A DNA stretch of 63,383 nucleotides, the filler included, from Kipferlia bialata (Eukaryota), in NCBI GenBank assembly GCA_003568945.1. It is 5 parts of 5 records of this genome, joined end to end, with 100 filler letters (N's around TTAATTAATTAA, not from the genome) between each part and the next. Parts side by side here need not be neighbours in the genome. Positions count along the whole stretch, not along the records: positions 1 to 31,133 come from BDIP01000024.1; 4 more parts are not named here. The stretch is one strand, 5' to 3'. The notes under the pieces were generated by a model. It worked only from the letters and a program-made list of their open reading frames with translations. It did not search any database and was not told where the DNA came from. This document shows, in pieces, positions 1 to 15,000 of the stretch (positions within the stretch are counted from its first letter, which is position 1; every line of letters starts with the position of its first letter). Both the position numbers and the translations under genes were made by a program.

Positions 1-73
1 GGGATTGCCCTGTGCAAAGCCCCCCCCCCCCCCCCCTTTCTCTTTAATGCCCTGCCGGTATGTTTAACACCAG

Positions 74-3000
74 GGTAACCCACACGCTTCCCAAGGGCAA
101 GACCTACAGCGCCAGGGCCGGATGGTCCTGTTCTAACGGCCGCACATACTACTCCTCCTCATACGCCTCTCTGACTGGCAATGGTTCAGCCACTAGGGGA
201 GTCGTGTCCTACTCGGGTAGTTTCTCCGGTCTCTCCAGCTCTGTGTCTTGCACCCCCCTCGTCCAGCTCAAGGGGAGCCGCACCTACACCTCCTCCACCG
301 CCCTGCCCTGTGATACAGATGTCGTGTCCATCCAGGGGACTGCTAACCACGCCGTACTTACTACGGGGGACAGTTTGGTACGTTGATTGTATTTTGTTGT
401 CATCTCTTCTGCCCCCCCCCCCCCCCCTCTCTTGTTCTCACCACCTAGGTCTCACGTGTTCGCGCCAATACTTTTTTCCTTGGTGCACCAGTGCTGAAAT
501 GCACTAACGGGTCTTTCACCCACACCTACAGTGCCGTTTCTAGCTCTCACTCCTCCCTCTACTCCGACTATACCTTCAAGGTAGTCCAGTCGTGGCCATC
601 AGGCACATGCAGTGCTACGGTCACGGGCAGCATTACTCCTTTTGGGGTCTACACGTCGCCCACGGATGTACTGGTCGAGAATGAGGAAGTTGATTCCATC
701 CTCCCCACTCTCCTCGTGTCTGCGGACCAGGAGATCTCTTTCTACAACAATGTAGCCCTGCCCGCGTCCTCGTACCCCAAGGCCGGCTACCGCTGCACAA
801 TGCTTGCAGGAGGTACTCAGGACTTCTTCTCCTGGACCACCTCCAGTGCCATTGCCGCTGGCACCACCTCCCGTGTGTCCATCTCTGCCCAGGGTCTGAC
901 CGGGGCCGATGCCTGTGACATTGTGGTCGAGGCACTGGGCAGCACCTACCTGGCAGGGTTCAACCTGCCCTACAACGGAGGCCATGCCGACCTCCTCACC
1001 CTCTCCCCCGAGACCACCCCCTACTCCACAGGCACCACGCTGTCGGTGTCTGTCTGGACCATGGCCAAGCCCTCTGCTGCCGTGGAGCTCGTCTGCCCCA
1101 ACGTACAGGCTGCCAGTGGCACCACATTCAGCTTCTCCTACACTGGTGTGTCCCCTAGCGGATACGGCCATGTGTATGATCTGGCCATCCCCTCCGGTAT
1201 GAGGCCAAGCGACGAGTGTGTTGTCCGCACCAAGCCCACAGGGTCCACTAACTACGTCACCACCTCCGAGTTCGAGATTACGAACGACAGCTCTGCCTTC
1301 GACGTCACCTACAAGTACCTTGCGGCCGTGCCCCAGAGCATATCCTATGAGCTTGGGTATGACTTCTTCAAGGGGGAGACCTTTGGCGTTGGCTGGAAGT
1401 GCGGGTCCACCGTATACACCTCAGCCACCTACACCGCCCAGAAGGACCTCTCTGCCGGGTCCAAGCTTGTGGCCAAGGTGGCCAGGCCCAGCACCAGCAG
1501 CGCCACGTGCTCCCTGGTGATTGAGGCCAGCCACGTGTCCTTTGTTGACACAGACAATGTGGTACCAGTGCAGAAGACTGCCCTTGACCCCGAGGCCCCC
1601 CACACAGCCACTCCCAGTGAGACAGTCGAGGTCATCGTCAGACTGCCCGTCACCGCTACCCTTCTGGCTTCCCGGCCTCAGGTGACTGCAACCTGCTCTC
1701 GTGGCACCTCACTGGCATTCAGCCTGAGCCCCTCAGCGGCGTATCCCTTCAGATACACTGCCTCTGTCCCAGCCGATGCCCCCAGGGACTACTGCACTGT
1801 CAAGGCCACTGCCGCTGGGTACCAGGCCTCAGACACCTACCTCTCCACCTCCATCAGCATCGATGGAACCACCCTCTCAGGTGGCGTCCTGGAGCCTGGC
1901 ATGGATGTGGCCGACCACCCCTTGGGCCTCCGGTTCGTCTCTAACGCCACCATCTCTGGCGACTCCCTCACCGTTGGATACGAGTGCAAGACCTCTGCCA
2001 CCACATTCCAGCACCAGGCCCCCTTCCCTATTGGGGGCACCATCTCCAGGGGTGATGTGGTTGTGTACAAGCAGCCCTACACCCCAGACTGGTGGGACAG
2101 GTGGAGTGAGGGCTGCCGGTTCTGGCTCGACGTGCCCTCCCCCTCCTCCGCCTTCGGTAAGGAACGCTTCCAGACTGAGTACCTGCCCCGTGCCTCGATG
2201 CTCGAGCTATCAGCCAACCGCAACACGGATGTGCGTCCTCTTGACGTCATCACCGCCACTGTCCACGCCCCGCTCTGCTCTGGGGACTCTGACGCCATCA
2301 ACTGCATCAGCTGGACCCGCATCTACACCAACCAGGACGGGGGCAAGACGGTTAAGAACTGGGACATGACCGTGACCAGTGAGACCGAGACCTCCACCGA
2401 GTACTCCTTCCAGATCCCAGCAGACGTGCCCAATGGCCGCTACTACATCAGAAGCTATGTCCGGATCCCTGCTGTCAACTACCGGTACTACAAGGGCTGG
2501 TGGTGGTACCGCTGGTTCCAGATTGAGAGGGAGAACGAGCTTCTGGAGTCTACCAACGACTCTCCAGCCATCAGACCTCGCCCCCAGGCCATCTTTGATG
2601 ATGGAACCCAGGTACATATATGTCTCGAAGGGTATATAGTATTATTGTTGCCATCTCTCCCGTTCACCCTAACGCCAGGACAACTGCCCCGTCGCCACCC
2701 TTCAGTCCATAGCTGTGCCCGGCACCACAGGCACATTCACATTCCACTGCGGTGCGGGTAGAGACTACCTCATCTGCGAGACTGACCCAGTCGAGGGCCA
2801 CTCTGGTACCTTTGCCTGTTGTGGAGATGTCTCCGACGGCATCTACCGTGCTGAGACCAACTGCCGCCTCGACCTGACCCTTCCTGGGCCGGGTGGGGTC
2901 ATCTACGACGTGCTCTCTTCTGACGTCAACTTCTTTGTGACCCCTGAGCTTGCAGTACTCGATGAGGAGCTCTATGCCGAGGGGGACACCGTCACTCTCA

Positions 3001-6000
3001 CAGTGCTGTCTAGTCCCGACGACATCTCTGCCGGCTCTCCCTCTGTGCGTTGTGGCCTCAATGACCTGCCTGCCTTCGTGAGGGAGGCTTCTGTTGACAA
3101 GGACCAGAACACAGTCTACACGATGACACTGCCCGAGCTCTCTGCCCGTGAGACGTGCTATGTCGACGTTGACCTGATCCCCGCCGGCCAGTTCTCTGCC
3201 ATGCTCAACGTCACAATGACCGAGATCGCTAACATTGAGCCCGCCTTTGCTGCCGCATATGGACCCAATCTGATGAGGTTCGACTACGCCGGCAAGGTTG
3301 ACGCCACTGTCTCTGTGGGCTGGCTGTGCTCTGCGGACGAGGAGTCCGTGGTCATCAGTGACCCCTGGACACAGGCTGTCACGGTGGGGCCTGCCTCCCA
3401 GGTGGAGGTGGTCCTCCCTGAGCTGTTCTCCGGGGCCTCTAGCTGTGTGGCCGGAGTGGTGGTTGACGATGGCATCACTGACCCAGTGGCCTACCGCGGA
3501 GGTTCCTACCCTGTCACCGATGCCCTCAGCTACTTTGACCCCGAACTGGAGTCCATCTCTGAAGGCGACACGCTCAAGGCCAACGTGTACTTTGCAGACT
3601 ATGTGACAGACTCCAAGGTGGTGCTCAAGTGCTCCAGGGGGTACGAGATTGCCTCTCCCTCCTCCGTCAGTGGCCACGTGTACTCGTGGCTACTCACAGA
3701 GTCCCTGCCTAGGGATGAGTGCTGGCTCGAGGCATCTTCTGCCGAGTACGGTCTGTTTGCTGAGACTGAGCCGGTGTCTGCCAATGAGGCCAAGGAGGAG
3801 GTCGGTGACTGGGTGCCGTACTATGACGTTGTGCTCAGCCGGGACGGCCAGGCCTCCACCCCCAACCTCATCTCGTTCGAGGTGACTACCCCTGTGGCCT
3901 CTGTGGAGCTTGGCTGGCAGTGCGACTCAGATCCCGTTACCTCCTGGAAGACTGTGGACCTGGAGTGCGACTCACTGTCCTGTGCTTACTCAACATACAT
4001 GGGATTCAACCCCTCACTCATTAAGAGCAACCCTTCTACATGCTCCTACGCCGTGCGTCTCTTTGAGGATGACGATCACACCTACTACTCCTCTTCCCTT
4101 GTGGTAACAGACGAGATTGTGTCCGTCACCAACACCCACGCCTACCACCCCGACGCCACTGTCACTGCATCAATCCTGGTACGGGACGGTGACAGTGTGG
4201 TTGAGGGGAGTGTGTACCTGGAGTGCGAGAGAGGTTACAGCCTGGACATGGCATTGACCTCCGAGGCGCCCAAACCCAACTACTCTGTTACCCTTGGCGA
4301 TGACATCCCCTCTGACACCTGTGTGGTCCACGCCACCCTCACAAACGAGACCCTGGGCACCAGCTACACATCCTCTACCTTCAAGATGGACAATGAGGAG
4401 ATCCAGGACATCGAGATGACCGTGCAGGCCTGGGTCAAGGGCATGCCCAACGAGATCTCGTTCGTGCCTTCCACTGAGCTCTTTGCTGGCGATGAGATTG
4501 GGGTGTTCGCCCAGTGCCAGGTCTCTGAGTCCAGCAAGGTGTCTGTAGGCCAGTACCAAGTCCCCTCCGGTGGCCATGCTGCCTCATCCAGTGTGCACTT
4601 TGCCTTCACCCTCACAGACGCCCTGCCCGGTGCGTCCGCAGACGGCTGTGAGCTCTCTCTATCCCTCCACGAGAAGTCGTACGCTGCTGTTCTGTCCCAC
4701 GCCTACCTCGGAGATGACTCCTCGGATGTGTTAGTGATAGACACCCCCCTCCCCCTCGAGCCCGAGGACGAACTGTACGCTGTGACCAGAATCATATCTG
4801 GAGATACAGTTGGGGGCCTAAAGCAGGTCACGCTGTCCTGCGACGAGGCTGGCAGTGTCTATGACGGGGACCTGATCACGAGCTACGTGTCAGCGTCAGG
4901 TTCTCCTGTGTACAAGTCTGACCCTATGCCTGCCTCCCTCCCCAGGGCTGAGTGCACCCTCACTGCTGAGTACAGCTTCTGGTATGACCCTGCCACACCC
5001 AGGTTCTTCACCAAGGCCGTTGCCACCACCAACGTGGAGCTGGAGGTGACCGCCGACCTCATTATGGCCCTCCCCCTCGATGAGGAGCAGGGCAGGACAT
5101 TCCCCATCTCGATATCCTATACCAACAGTGTGGTTATGGATGTGTTTTACCTGCGTGCCGGCTACCGCTGTGCCGACACCAGTCTCGATCTGATGGGCGA
5201 CGTCAGGACCCCAGTGTCTCAGACCTCTCTGGACGTGGCTGGTTCCATCTCAGTACCTGGGATGGACATGGACAAGGTCAACTGTGACAGCGTCCACCTG
5301 CTTGTCGGGGCCTCTCACAAGTCCAACGGCAGCGATGAGGTCATCTATGTGAGCGAGGACCCCATCCCCGTGGTGGTGGACATTGCTGTGGCCGAGGAGT
5401 CTCTCTACGACACCCCAGACACCGTCATGATAAGGGTCTATGCCAGGCCGGATGCCGTGTCTGAGCTCTCTCTGACATGTGCCGGAGACGGAAACAGTTC
5501 TGTGCTCTCCGTGCCCCTTTCCCTCCACACTGCTGGTGCCAGCTACTCCCTATACTCAGCTGATGTTGAGTACATCAGCCAGAGCACCTGCCGTGCCACA
5601 GGAACCCTCTCTGTGGACCCCGTGTCCGTCGACTGTGCTGAGTTCACCCTCACCAGTGAGGAGGTCACCATTGACTCTCTGTTCTTCAGCACCTTCTCCA
5701 GGCCTTCTGGTCTCTCTGCCGCTGAGACTGACAACGTCATGCACGTCACTGCCAACGCCTCCCTCATCTCTGGCGACTCCTACACGGTGCTATCTCGCTG
5801 TGGAGTGAATGGGGCTGTGGATGAGCAGGGTACCTACACATTCAACTCAGATGTTGCTGCTGGGGACACCCTCAGCATTGCCGTGTCCTCTCTATATGCT
5901 GTTGATAACGAGTGTGCAGAGGCCTCTTTCGGCATCAGACTTGGTGATAACGAGTACTTCAGTGACCCCGTCCCCCCCGGTGCCTACCTATCCCTGGACA

Positions 6001-9000
6001 GTGACACCTACAACGCCAGCAATGGAGTGGTGGCCACGTTCCAGGCCGGTATCACCTCAGGGGACTCTGTGTCTCTGGTGTGCCCCACCTTCTCTCTGCC
6101 GATGCCCCTCCTCAACTCTGTCGATGGGCAGAGCAACTACAAGGTCACCCTCCCTGAGACCTACCCCTGGTCCGAGTGCAGTGCTGAGCTGTCTAGGTCC
6201 CAGAGCAGCGCCACCCCCGGCCTCCTCTCCACCTATGCCTCTGCCTCTGCCACCCTGGAGATCGACGAGGTGGACCTGATCTTCGGCACCCTCTTCACTG
6301 TCTCTAACGGCCTGGCCAACACCCTCTCTGTGACGCTGGATGCAGACATGCAGTCTGGGACCAAGGTGTCTGTCGGGTATGCCAGGGGACGCGAGAGCCA
6401 CAAGGATGCTGTCTGTGTCACGTATGTGGAGACCACCACCTCATACCTCCCGACTGGGTCCCTCCTCTCCCTGCCAATGCCCACATGTGCAGAGTTCGAC
6501 GGCTTCTCCGAGGTCAAGGTCCTAGTCAGGTTTGACGATGACGTCCTGAGGTCCTACACCTCCTTCAGCTACCCTTTGAGTGAGACTGTCGTGGTGCCTG
6601 GCCAGACCGAGTACGAGACCACCGAGACAGTGTCCCTCTATGTCAGGACAGGGGCAGATGCCATCACCGGTGTGGAGCTCTCTTGCGATGAGGGCCGGTA
6701 CACCCAGACCCTCACAGACGGCACCTGCAGCAAGGGTGGATGTACCTACACCCACACCCTGGAGGATGTTGCGCCCAGGGCCTCCTGCACGGCCTCTGTG
6801 TCTGTCGACAGCGACGCAGACCCAAACACCTCAGAGAGGGAGTTCTCTGCCTCTATCGACCTCAAGGTCGATGAGGTCCTGGCCCTCAACTCTGTGCTCT
6901 CTGGCGTGTCCCCCAATGCATTCGTGTTCAACTCCCTTCTCCCCCTCACCGAGGCTGATACCTTCGAGGCTGGCTGGAGGTGTGGGTCCGTCTACTCCTT
7001 CGACGCCCCCACCCCCTATGCTCTGCTGGAGCTGGACCCGGAGGCAGACCCCTGGTACCAGATCAACGTGAGTGGCGCCATCCCCACCTGTAACTCTAAG
7101 GTGGCCCCTGCTCTCAGGATCAACGGAGACGACAACCGTGTCTTCCCCTACTCTCCTGACACTGCCGGTACCCAGGTCGTGGCCCAGGGTGTGGTCACCC
7201 TGCGTCCTGAGCAGGCCAGCACCGACTGCCGTGTCCCTGTGGAGATTGCCAGTGACTATGTGGAGACTGTCCTCATGGAGCACGAGGCCATCGACTTCCA
7301 GTTCTACCTGACTGCCGCCCCGGTACAGTGGTCCAGCACCTCCCACTGCATGTGTGGCAACCCCTCTACTGAGACCCCCTCTGGTGCCTACTCTGCCACA
7401 GTCACCACCCACCTAGTGGACTTTGTAGACACCCATGTGGTGGAGGGTGTGTACACCCACATCAACACAGAGGAGGTACTCAACATGGACGCTAGGTATA
7501 CAGCAGTCACCGACAACGAGGTCTCATTCACCTCCTCCCTCTCCCTGTCGGCCAGTGACGCCTACGCCCTCAACTGGGTGTGTGGCAGTGACACCCTCTC
7601 TGCCGGATCTGGGACATTCAGCAGGACATTCACAAGCGGTGAGGAGATTGTCCTTGCAGTCGATGCTTCTGCCACCGCCAGTGTGAGTGGATCATGCTCG
7701 CTCACTGTGACTCTCTTCTCTGGACTGCACACTAGCGATTACCACGTCAGCTCTATTGGGCCATTCCCCAAGGTGGCTGAGCTCGCCGCACTGAGTGCTA
7801 CAGAGATATCCACTGGATCATCCCTTGGCATGACTCTGTACACCTCTAGAAGCACACTCTCTGCAGTGGAGGTCAGGTGCCCCGTTAGGGACATCCAGAC
7901 CCTGGATGCCGAGGTCTCCCTGGCTCTGATGAAGACTGGAGGAACCACGGCAGCCCCCACTACCACTGGCTCATACACCGTCCCCTCCTACCTGCCCAGG
8001 GCTACCTGCGGCGTTGTCTTGTCCACCACATTTGGTGGAGTCACCACAGAGATTGTCGGCTCCAGTGTGGACATTGTCTCCGAGGAGGTGACCGATATTG
8101 TCACGGGACTCTTCGGCACCTATGTCTCAGACGCCTCCTTTGTCAACCCTGTCTCCTTCAGCCTTGCCACTGCACTCTATGCTGGCGAGCAGTACGAGTG
8201 TGGTTACACCTGCTCCGACTCTCAGACCTTCTGGTCAGCTGCCAATAGCCTTGATAGCGATGCTGTCGTGGGTACCGACTTTGTCTGCTCACCCACCCTC
8301 GTGCGCTCTGTCGATGAGGCTGTGCAGTGCTCTGCTGTTGTCAGGCTCTTTGGCGATGACGCCCATGTCTACAGTGGCGATGAGCAGCCCATGAGGGCTT
8401 CTGTGGTGGGCGTTGATGCGTCCTCATACGGTGTCTCAGATGATGTGTCTGTCTCTGTGTACTCAGCGGCCAACTACATTGCCGGCATCTCTGTCGGTGT
8501 AGTGGCCTCTCAGACCATTGACGCCGTCCCATACGAGTGGGCTGGGCTCTCCTACGAGGGCTTCTCGTCAGGTGTCGCCGGGTTCTCCACCCCTGTCTCC
8601 TCCGACACCCCCAGACAGCAGTACGAGGTGACAGTGTCCCTCGACCTCCCCGTGGTTGGGTCTGTGGACTTCACCTCCGCGGCCTTCCTCGTGGATTCGG
8701 TCGAGGCCACTATCGGCTCCTCCTTCTTCACTGTCTGTGTACCGGGGGAGACCAACACCCTAGCTCTTACCAGCATGGTGGCTCTGTCTGCCGGAGATGT
8801 CGTTGACACCATACTCAGCTGCACTGGTGACACCACTCTCAAGACCAGCCACACACTCACGGCTGATGTTGCTCCCAATGGGTCTCTCTCTCTGAGCCTC
8901 CCAGACACACCCTCCACCGGTGTATCATGCACCCCCTCAGTACAGCTCTGGGGCTATGCTTCCCACACCATCTCCTCTGCCATCTCTCTGCCTGTCTCTG

Positions 9001-12000
9001 AGTCCGTAGTGTCCGTGGCAGGTGGAAAGGCTGTGGGATCTACTCTCTACGCTACAGTGGCCGTGGATACCCCATCCACTGTGATTGGGGCTGACCTGGT
9101 ATGTGCACACGGATACACCCTCACACTCGCTAGACAGAGTTCGGATGATACCGCATCCTTCGAGCTCTCTCTCCCAAGTGACATTCCCCTTGATACCTGC
9201 ACAGTGGATGTCGTTGTCTACCAGGATGGCGCCACCAGCACCTACTCCTCCGAGGCCCTCACCCTCGATGCCGTGGAGGCACAGGAGTTCTCAGTGCTCG
9301 TTGACCGCAATGTGGCCGACAACCAGCTGTCCTTTGTGCTCTACGGATACCTAGACGCTGAGTCCGTGTTGTCTGGATGGGTGTGTGATGGGGTATACGT
9401 ACCCACATCCACCTCCACTCCATTCACTGAGACTCTGGGAGAGCGCCTGATTGTGTCTCTTCCTCCCCACTCCACTGCCTCTGGCTCCTGCTCCCCCTAT
9501 GTCCAGATCCACTTCACCCAGTATGTTATGTCCCGTGTTGTGGACCTCACTAGGGATGTTGTTGAGGTGGCCACCGAGACTACAGTGTTCACACCCGAGG
9601 ACGACTTCGCCTTCTCTGTCTCTACCACTGAGGGGGAGGTGTCTGCAGTCACAGTCTCCTGTCCTCTTGGCTACACGGTTTCACTCTCCGACGCCGGTAC
9701 CACCACTGAGGGATACCCTCTGTTCAAGGAGGGTGTTCCTGATGACATCCCAGCTGGGGAGTGCACTGTAACAGCCACTGTTGCCCTAACAGATGGAGAG
9801 TCGGCCCAGTACACTCTAGGTGGTATTGATGTAGACAATGAAGAGATCCTAGAACTGGTTGTAACCTACAAGGCCTTGGGTGGACACGATGACACCAACC
9901 TGAACGGTGTCACCTGTACCAGTGCCATTGCCATCCCCTCTGAGTTCCAGGTCGCTGTGGGCTACTCCTGTGACGGTACTGTTGAGACATGGTCCTCTCC
10001 CATTGCTGTGGCCTCTGTCGAGGCTGATGGGGAGTTCACTGTCCCCTTCACCACAGACGTGTCAGGCTTTGCCTCCGACGCCTCTTGCTCCGTGGCAGTG
10101 CGTCTCTTTGCAGACAGCGAGCACGAGTACACGGGCTACGAGTCTCTCTCCCTTCTGGACGCCATTGTTGAGGTGTCCGACATCGAGGACTCCTACAAGC
10201 CTGGTTCCTCCGTGACAGTCGTGGTCCATGCCACAGATGAGGCCATCACTGGGGTGCAGCTTGTGTGTGCCGATACCCTGGTGCCTGTGTCCCTCGAGAT
10301 GGACGAAGGCTCTGAGGTCGATTCCAACCCATCCTACTGGGCTGTCATTGAACAGGACGCCCAGGTGGGAGACTGTATTGCTGAGGCCACTGTTATGGTT
10401 GCTGGTACCAGCTACACCCTCTCTTCGGAGTCTGTGTCTGTCGACAATGACGAGATTGGAGCCCTGACTCCCTTCATCAACCTTGTGACAGCCACCTCTG
10501 TCGAGGCAGTGACCCACGTGGCCCTCCCAGCTGGCACCGAGTACCTCTCTGGCTGGACATGCCAGACAGCCACAGAGTCCACATCCGTCATGAGCTCCAC
10601 CAAGACCCTCTCCCAGGCCTACGCGGCTGAGGACAGCATCCAGTTCAGCCTGGTGGACATTGACTCCTCCGGCTACATTGCATGCAGCCCCTCCATCAGC
10701 GTCATCCACTCCGGCAAGACATACTCTGGCGCCAACCTCCCCTCCCCAGCCGAGGCCAACCCCGTAGTCACTCTCCAGAGCACACAGGCCTACCACACCG
10801 GTGACGAGGTTGTCGCCACTGTCCATGTCCCTGAGGACTGGGTGTCAGGCGCTGAGTTCCAGTGCCAGGGTGGATACACCGTCTCTATGACCAGCGGACT
10901 CGCTGATTCATACGGATCTGCTACATTCTCTCTTGTCCTCCCCAGTGACACCCCATACGATGACTGTTTCGTGGTTGCCTCCACCGACTACCCAGACGGG
11001 ACCAGCCCCACATTCACCAGCTCTGAGGTCCCCATCGAGACAAGCGTCCTCAAGGACTACTCCCTGTCAGTGTCTGCCGTTGCCATTGGCGTTCCTAACC
11101 AGGTTTCCTTCACCACTGAGCTCGACATCCCTGCAGGGGAGCCTCTCAAGCTCGGCTGGGACTGTGTGACTCTCTCTGAGGTTGTGTTTGACCACACTGA
11201 GACCACCAGCGCTCTCGTCTCTGCCGGCACCGTCCTGTCCTACCCCCTTGCCGTCCCAGATGACATCCCTACAGACGGCTACAAGTGCCGTGTGGCCGTT
11301 GAGATTGGAACTGAGCTCTATCCCGAGTTCAGCTCTCAGTACTGGCTGATCCAGGACGGCCTGGTCTCTGTCGACGTCGAGGAGGCTGCCCCAGCTGATA
11401 CAATCACTGCCACCGTGTACACATCGAGTGAGTATCTGTCCTCTGTGGAGCTCAGGTGTTTCAACGACTATGTTGCCCCCATGTCTCTGCTCTCTGAGAC
11501 CTCTGGTGTGTCTCTGTACACTGTTATTCTTGAGGACACAGTCACCCGTGGCACCTGCTCAGTTGTGGTGACTGCCTCTCTGCCATCTGCCTCTGCCAAT
11601 GTGGAGTATGTCTCTCCAGGCGTTGAGGTCAGCAACACTGAGGTCGACAGCATTGAGACCTACTACCCAGGTCTCTACATTGCCGAGTCCGCAGACACCA
11701 ACAACTCCTTTGTTGTCAGTGCCCGCATTGATATGCTTGTAGGAAATACCCTGGAGTGTGGATGGGTGTGTGGCAGCGATGCCACTCTTTGGAGCGGTGT
11801 TGTCACCACTCTGACTGAGGCCGTCCCTGCTGGTACTACCTTCTACCTCGACCAGACCACCCCTGCCTCCCTCGAGGGTGAGACCTGCCAGCCAACGGTC
11901 AGGGTCTTTGAGAGCGACGACCACATCTACACCGGATTCGCCACCACATACCTTGACACCATTGTCGAGATTAGCGGTGACTACCTTCCCAGCACTGAGA

Positions 12001-15000
12001 TTGTTGCCACTGTGCTTGCCCCTGTGGCAGCTGTGGACCGCGAGGGTGATGTGAATGTGGTGTGTGACCGCGGCACATTCACCCTGCCCCTTGTCTGTGA
12101 CGAGGACCCATCTGATGAGGGATACCTAGTGTTCAGGGCCACCCTCCCTGCCTCCTCCCCCAAGGACTACTGCCACGTTGTGGCCAGTGTTGCCAACTGG
12201 CACGACGTCGAGGCCGTCCACTCCTCAGACACCTTCTTGCTCAATGCCACCGAGCTTGTGGACGTGACCCCCCTCTACCTGGCTGCCACCGCCAACAGCT
12301 TCTCCTTCACCACCCTCACCCCTCTGTCTGGTGTCTCTGCCGAGGGAGGCTGGGAGTGCCCAGGGGCTGACCCTGTCTTCGACCTGGGTCTCACCTCCAT
12401 CTCTCTGGCTGCTGGGGAGTCTGTCTCCATCACTGTAGACCAGCCCTCTCTCTCCCTCTCCTCCAGCCAGGCCTGTACCCCCGTGGTCAGGCTCTTTGAG
12501 TCCGATGAGCATCTGTACAGCTGTGCTGCAAGCTACCCTGTTACCGACGAGCTCATTGTCGTTGCTGGCAACCCGTCAAGCGTGTCTCCCGGCACCCCTA
12601 TATCTGTCACCGTCCGTGTGGCTGACCCCACTCTCTCCGTTGTGATTGAGGAGGCATCCAGCCTCTACCAGTTCACAGAGTCCTTCTCCTACGTGGGTTC
12701 CAACGCTGCTGGCAACACCATCTGGCAGTATGTGGTCCCATCTGACATCTACCATGGAGACTACAACGTGTCTACCCAGGTGGACAAGGACGTCGACTCC
12801 TACACCATTGCCGTTGAGAACGTGGAGATCACCCTCGACGACCTCCTGTACAGAGCCACTACCGCTGAGAACGCTCTCTTCTTCACCACTGCTGTAGCCC
12901 TTGAGGCTGACACCCGTCTGGACGTTGGCTGGTCCTGTGACGGTGCTGCTGTGACGGAGTGGGACCAGCTCACACTGGAGGCTGCTGCAGCTGGTGCTGA
13001 GGTCACTGTCTGGTTTGCTCTCACTGAGCCTACCGGGTCCACTTCATGCACCATCGAGGCTAGACTCTTTGGTGACGAGGGTCACTCCTACTCCTCAGTC
13101 TTCAGCGTCCCTGTCGATGCTGCTGTGGTTGACGTATCCTCTGTGACCTCAGCCCTGGCCCCAGGCAGTGCTCTCAGTGCTGTCGTCAGGACTGATGCCG
13201 CGTTCGTGTCCTCTGCCTCTCTCGAGTGCAGTGTTGGCTTCTCTGACAGTATGACAGTGGAGGCCGTGGCTGCAGGGTCTAGTGCCTCTCTCACCGTCTC
13301 TGCTCTGGTTCCCAACTGGACCTGTGATGTTGAGGTGGTTGTGACACTCGGGACTTACACCCACACTCACACCTCCGAGGGCATTGCCTTTGAGAACACT
13401 GAGGTGACCAGCCTCTCTCCCATGCTGTATGCTGTGACTGCCAACCAGCTCACAGTTGTTGCCAACATTGACCTGCCCATTGGAACAGTTACCAAGGCTG
13501 GCTGGCTGTGTGCCGGGTCTGCTATCTGGGCCATAGACACCACCCTTGACAGTGGCGTCTCCAAGGGCACCACCCTCCAGTACGACCTGCCAGACGTGTC
13601 CGGCTCTGTCTCAGACTCCACTTGTGAGTTGGTGTATGAGCTGTACGGGTCTGAGTCCAACAGGTACACATTCGGGTCTGAGTTCTCTGTCGGTGAGGCA
13701 CTCGTTGCCCCTGGACAGAGCACCTACACTGCCCCCTCTGCCCTCGCCGTCTCAGTTGCTGCGCCTCCCGCCAATGTGGACAGTGTCCGCATTGACTGTG
13801 ACACTCTCTCCTACTCCACCACCCTCTACTACAGTGGAACAGCCGCTGATGGAACCGCTCTCTACGAGGGGTCTGTTTCGGCCTCTGCCCCTAGGGCTGA
13901 GTGCAGTGTCAAGGTTGTAACATCCCTTGTGTCACCTGTCTCCCTGTCAGCCTCTGTCTCCTTCGAAAACACTGAGGTGTCCGCCCTGGCCACCTTGGCC
14001 CGTACCCCCGTGGCAACGGCCCTGACCTTCACGGCTGGCATCCCCCTCCCAGCTGACACCCCTGTCGCTGCTGGGTGGGTGTGTGACGGAGTGGCTGTGT
14101 CTGCCTACGAGGGCAGTCTCAGCACGGCCCTCTATGCAGGTGCCGCCCACACCCTGCCTCTCTCTACACCCACACTCTCTGCATCTGCCGTGGAGTGTGC
14201 TGTGTACGTCGAGCTATTTGATAAGACCCTCAACACATACGTGTCTCCTGACGTGGTGCCTGTCGGGTCTGTGGTCTCTGTCTCCCCTGAGGCTACCACC
14301 ATGACACCCTCTGACACCCTCGAGATCACTGTGCTCGCCGAGGCCAGAGACATCACCGACTTCTCCATCGCCTGTGCCTATGGCTATGGGATGACCCCTG
14401 TGGTTCCTACCACCAGTGGCCTCAGCACTGAGGTGTCTGTGTCCATCCCTGCTGACATCGTGGCCGGACAGTGCACAGTCTCTGCCGTTCTCGGTGGACT
14501 CGAGACTTACACGGCCACCTTCGACGCTGCTAACGTTGAGATCACCATCACCGACCTTCTCTACCGCTCCACCCGCCCCACCAATGCCGTTCTCTTCACC
14601 ACTGCTATCGACATTGCTGCTGAGACAGTTCTGTCTGTTGGCTGGTCTTGTGACGGTGCCGCTCCCTCTGAGTGGGATCAGGTGGCCCTAGAGGCTGCCG
14701 AGGCTGGGTCCGATGTCGTGGCCTGGTTCACTCTTAATGACGACACTTCTGGTGCATGTAGGCTAGAGACTAGGCTCTTTGCCGATGCCACCCACACCTA
14801 CATGTCCCCCATCAGTGTGCCTGCCATGGCAGACACGGTCGATGTGGGCTCGGTCACATCAGCTCTGGAGCCCAGCGACTCCCTGTTGGCCACCCTCAGA
14901 GTGGACTCGGCATACGTGACCTCCCCTGTCTTTGTGTGCCCCGCTCTATCCTACACCCTGGCCCTCACCGTCACTGATGACGATGTCGGGTGTCTGCTCA

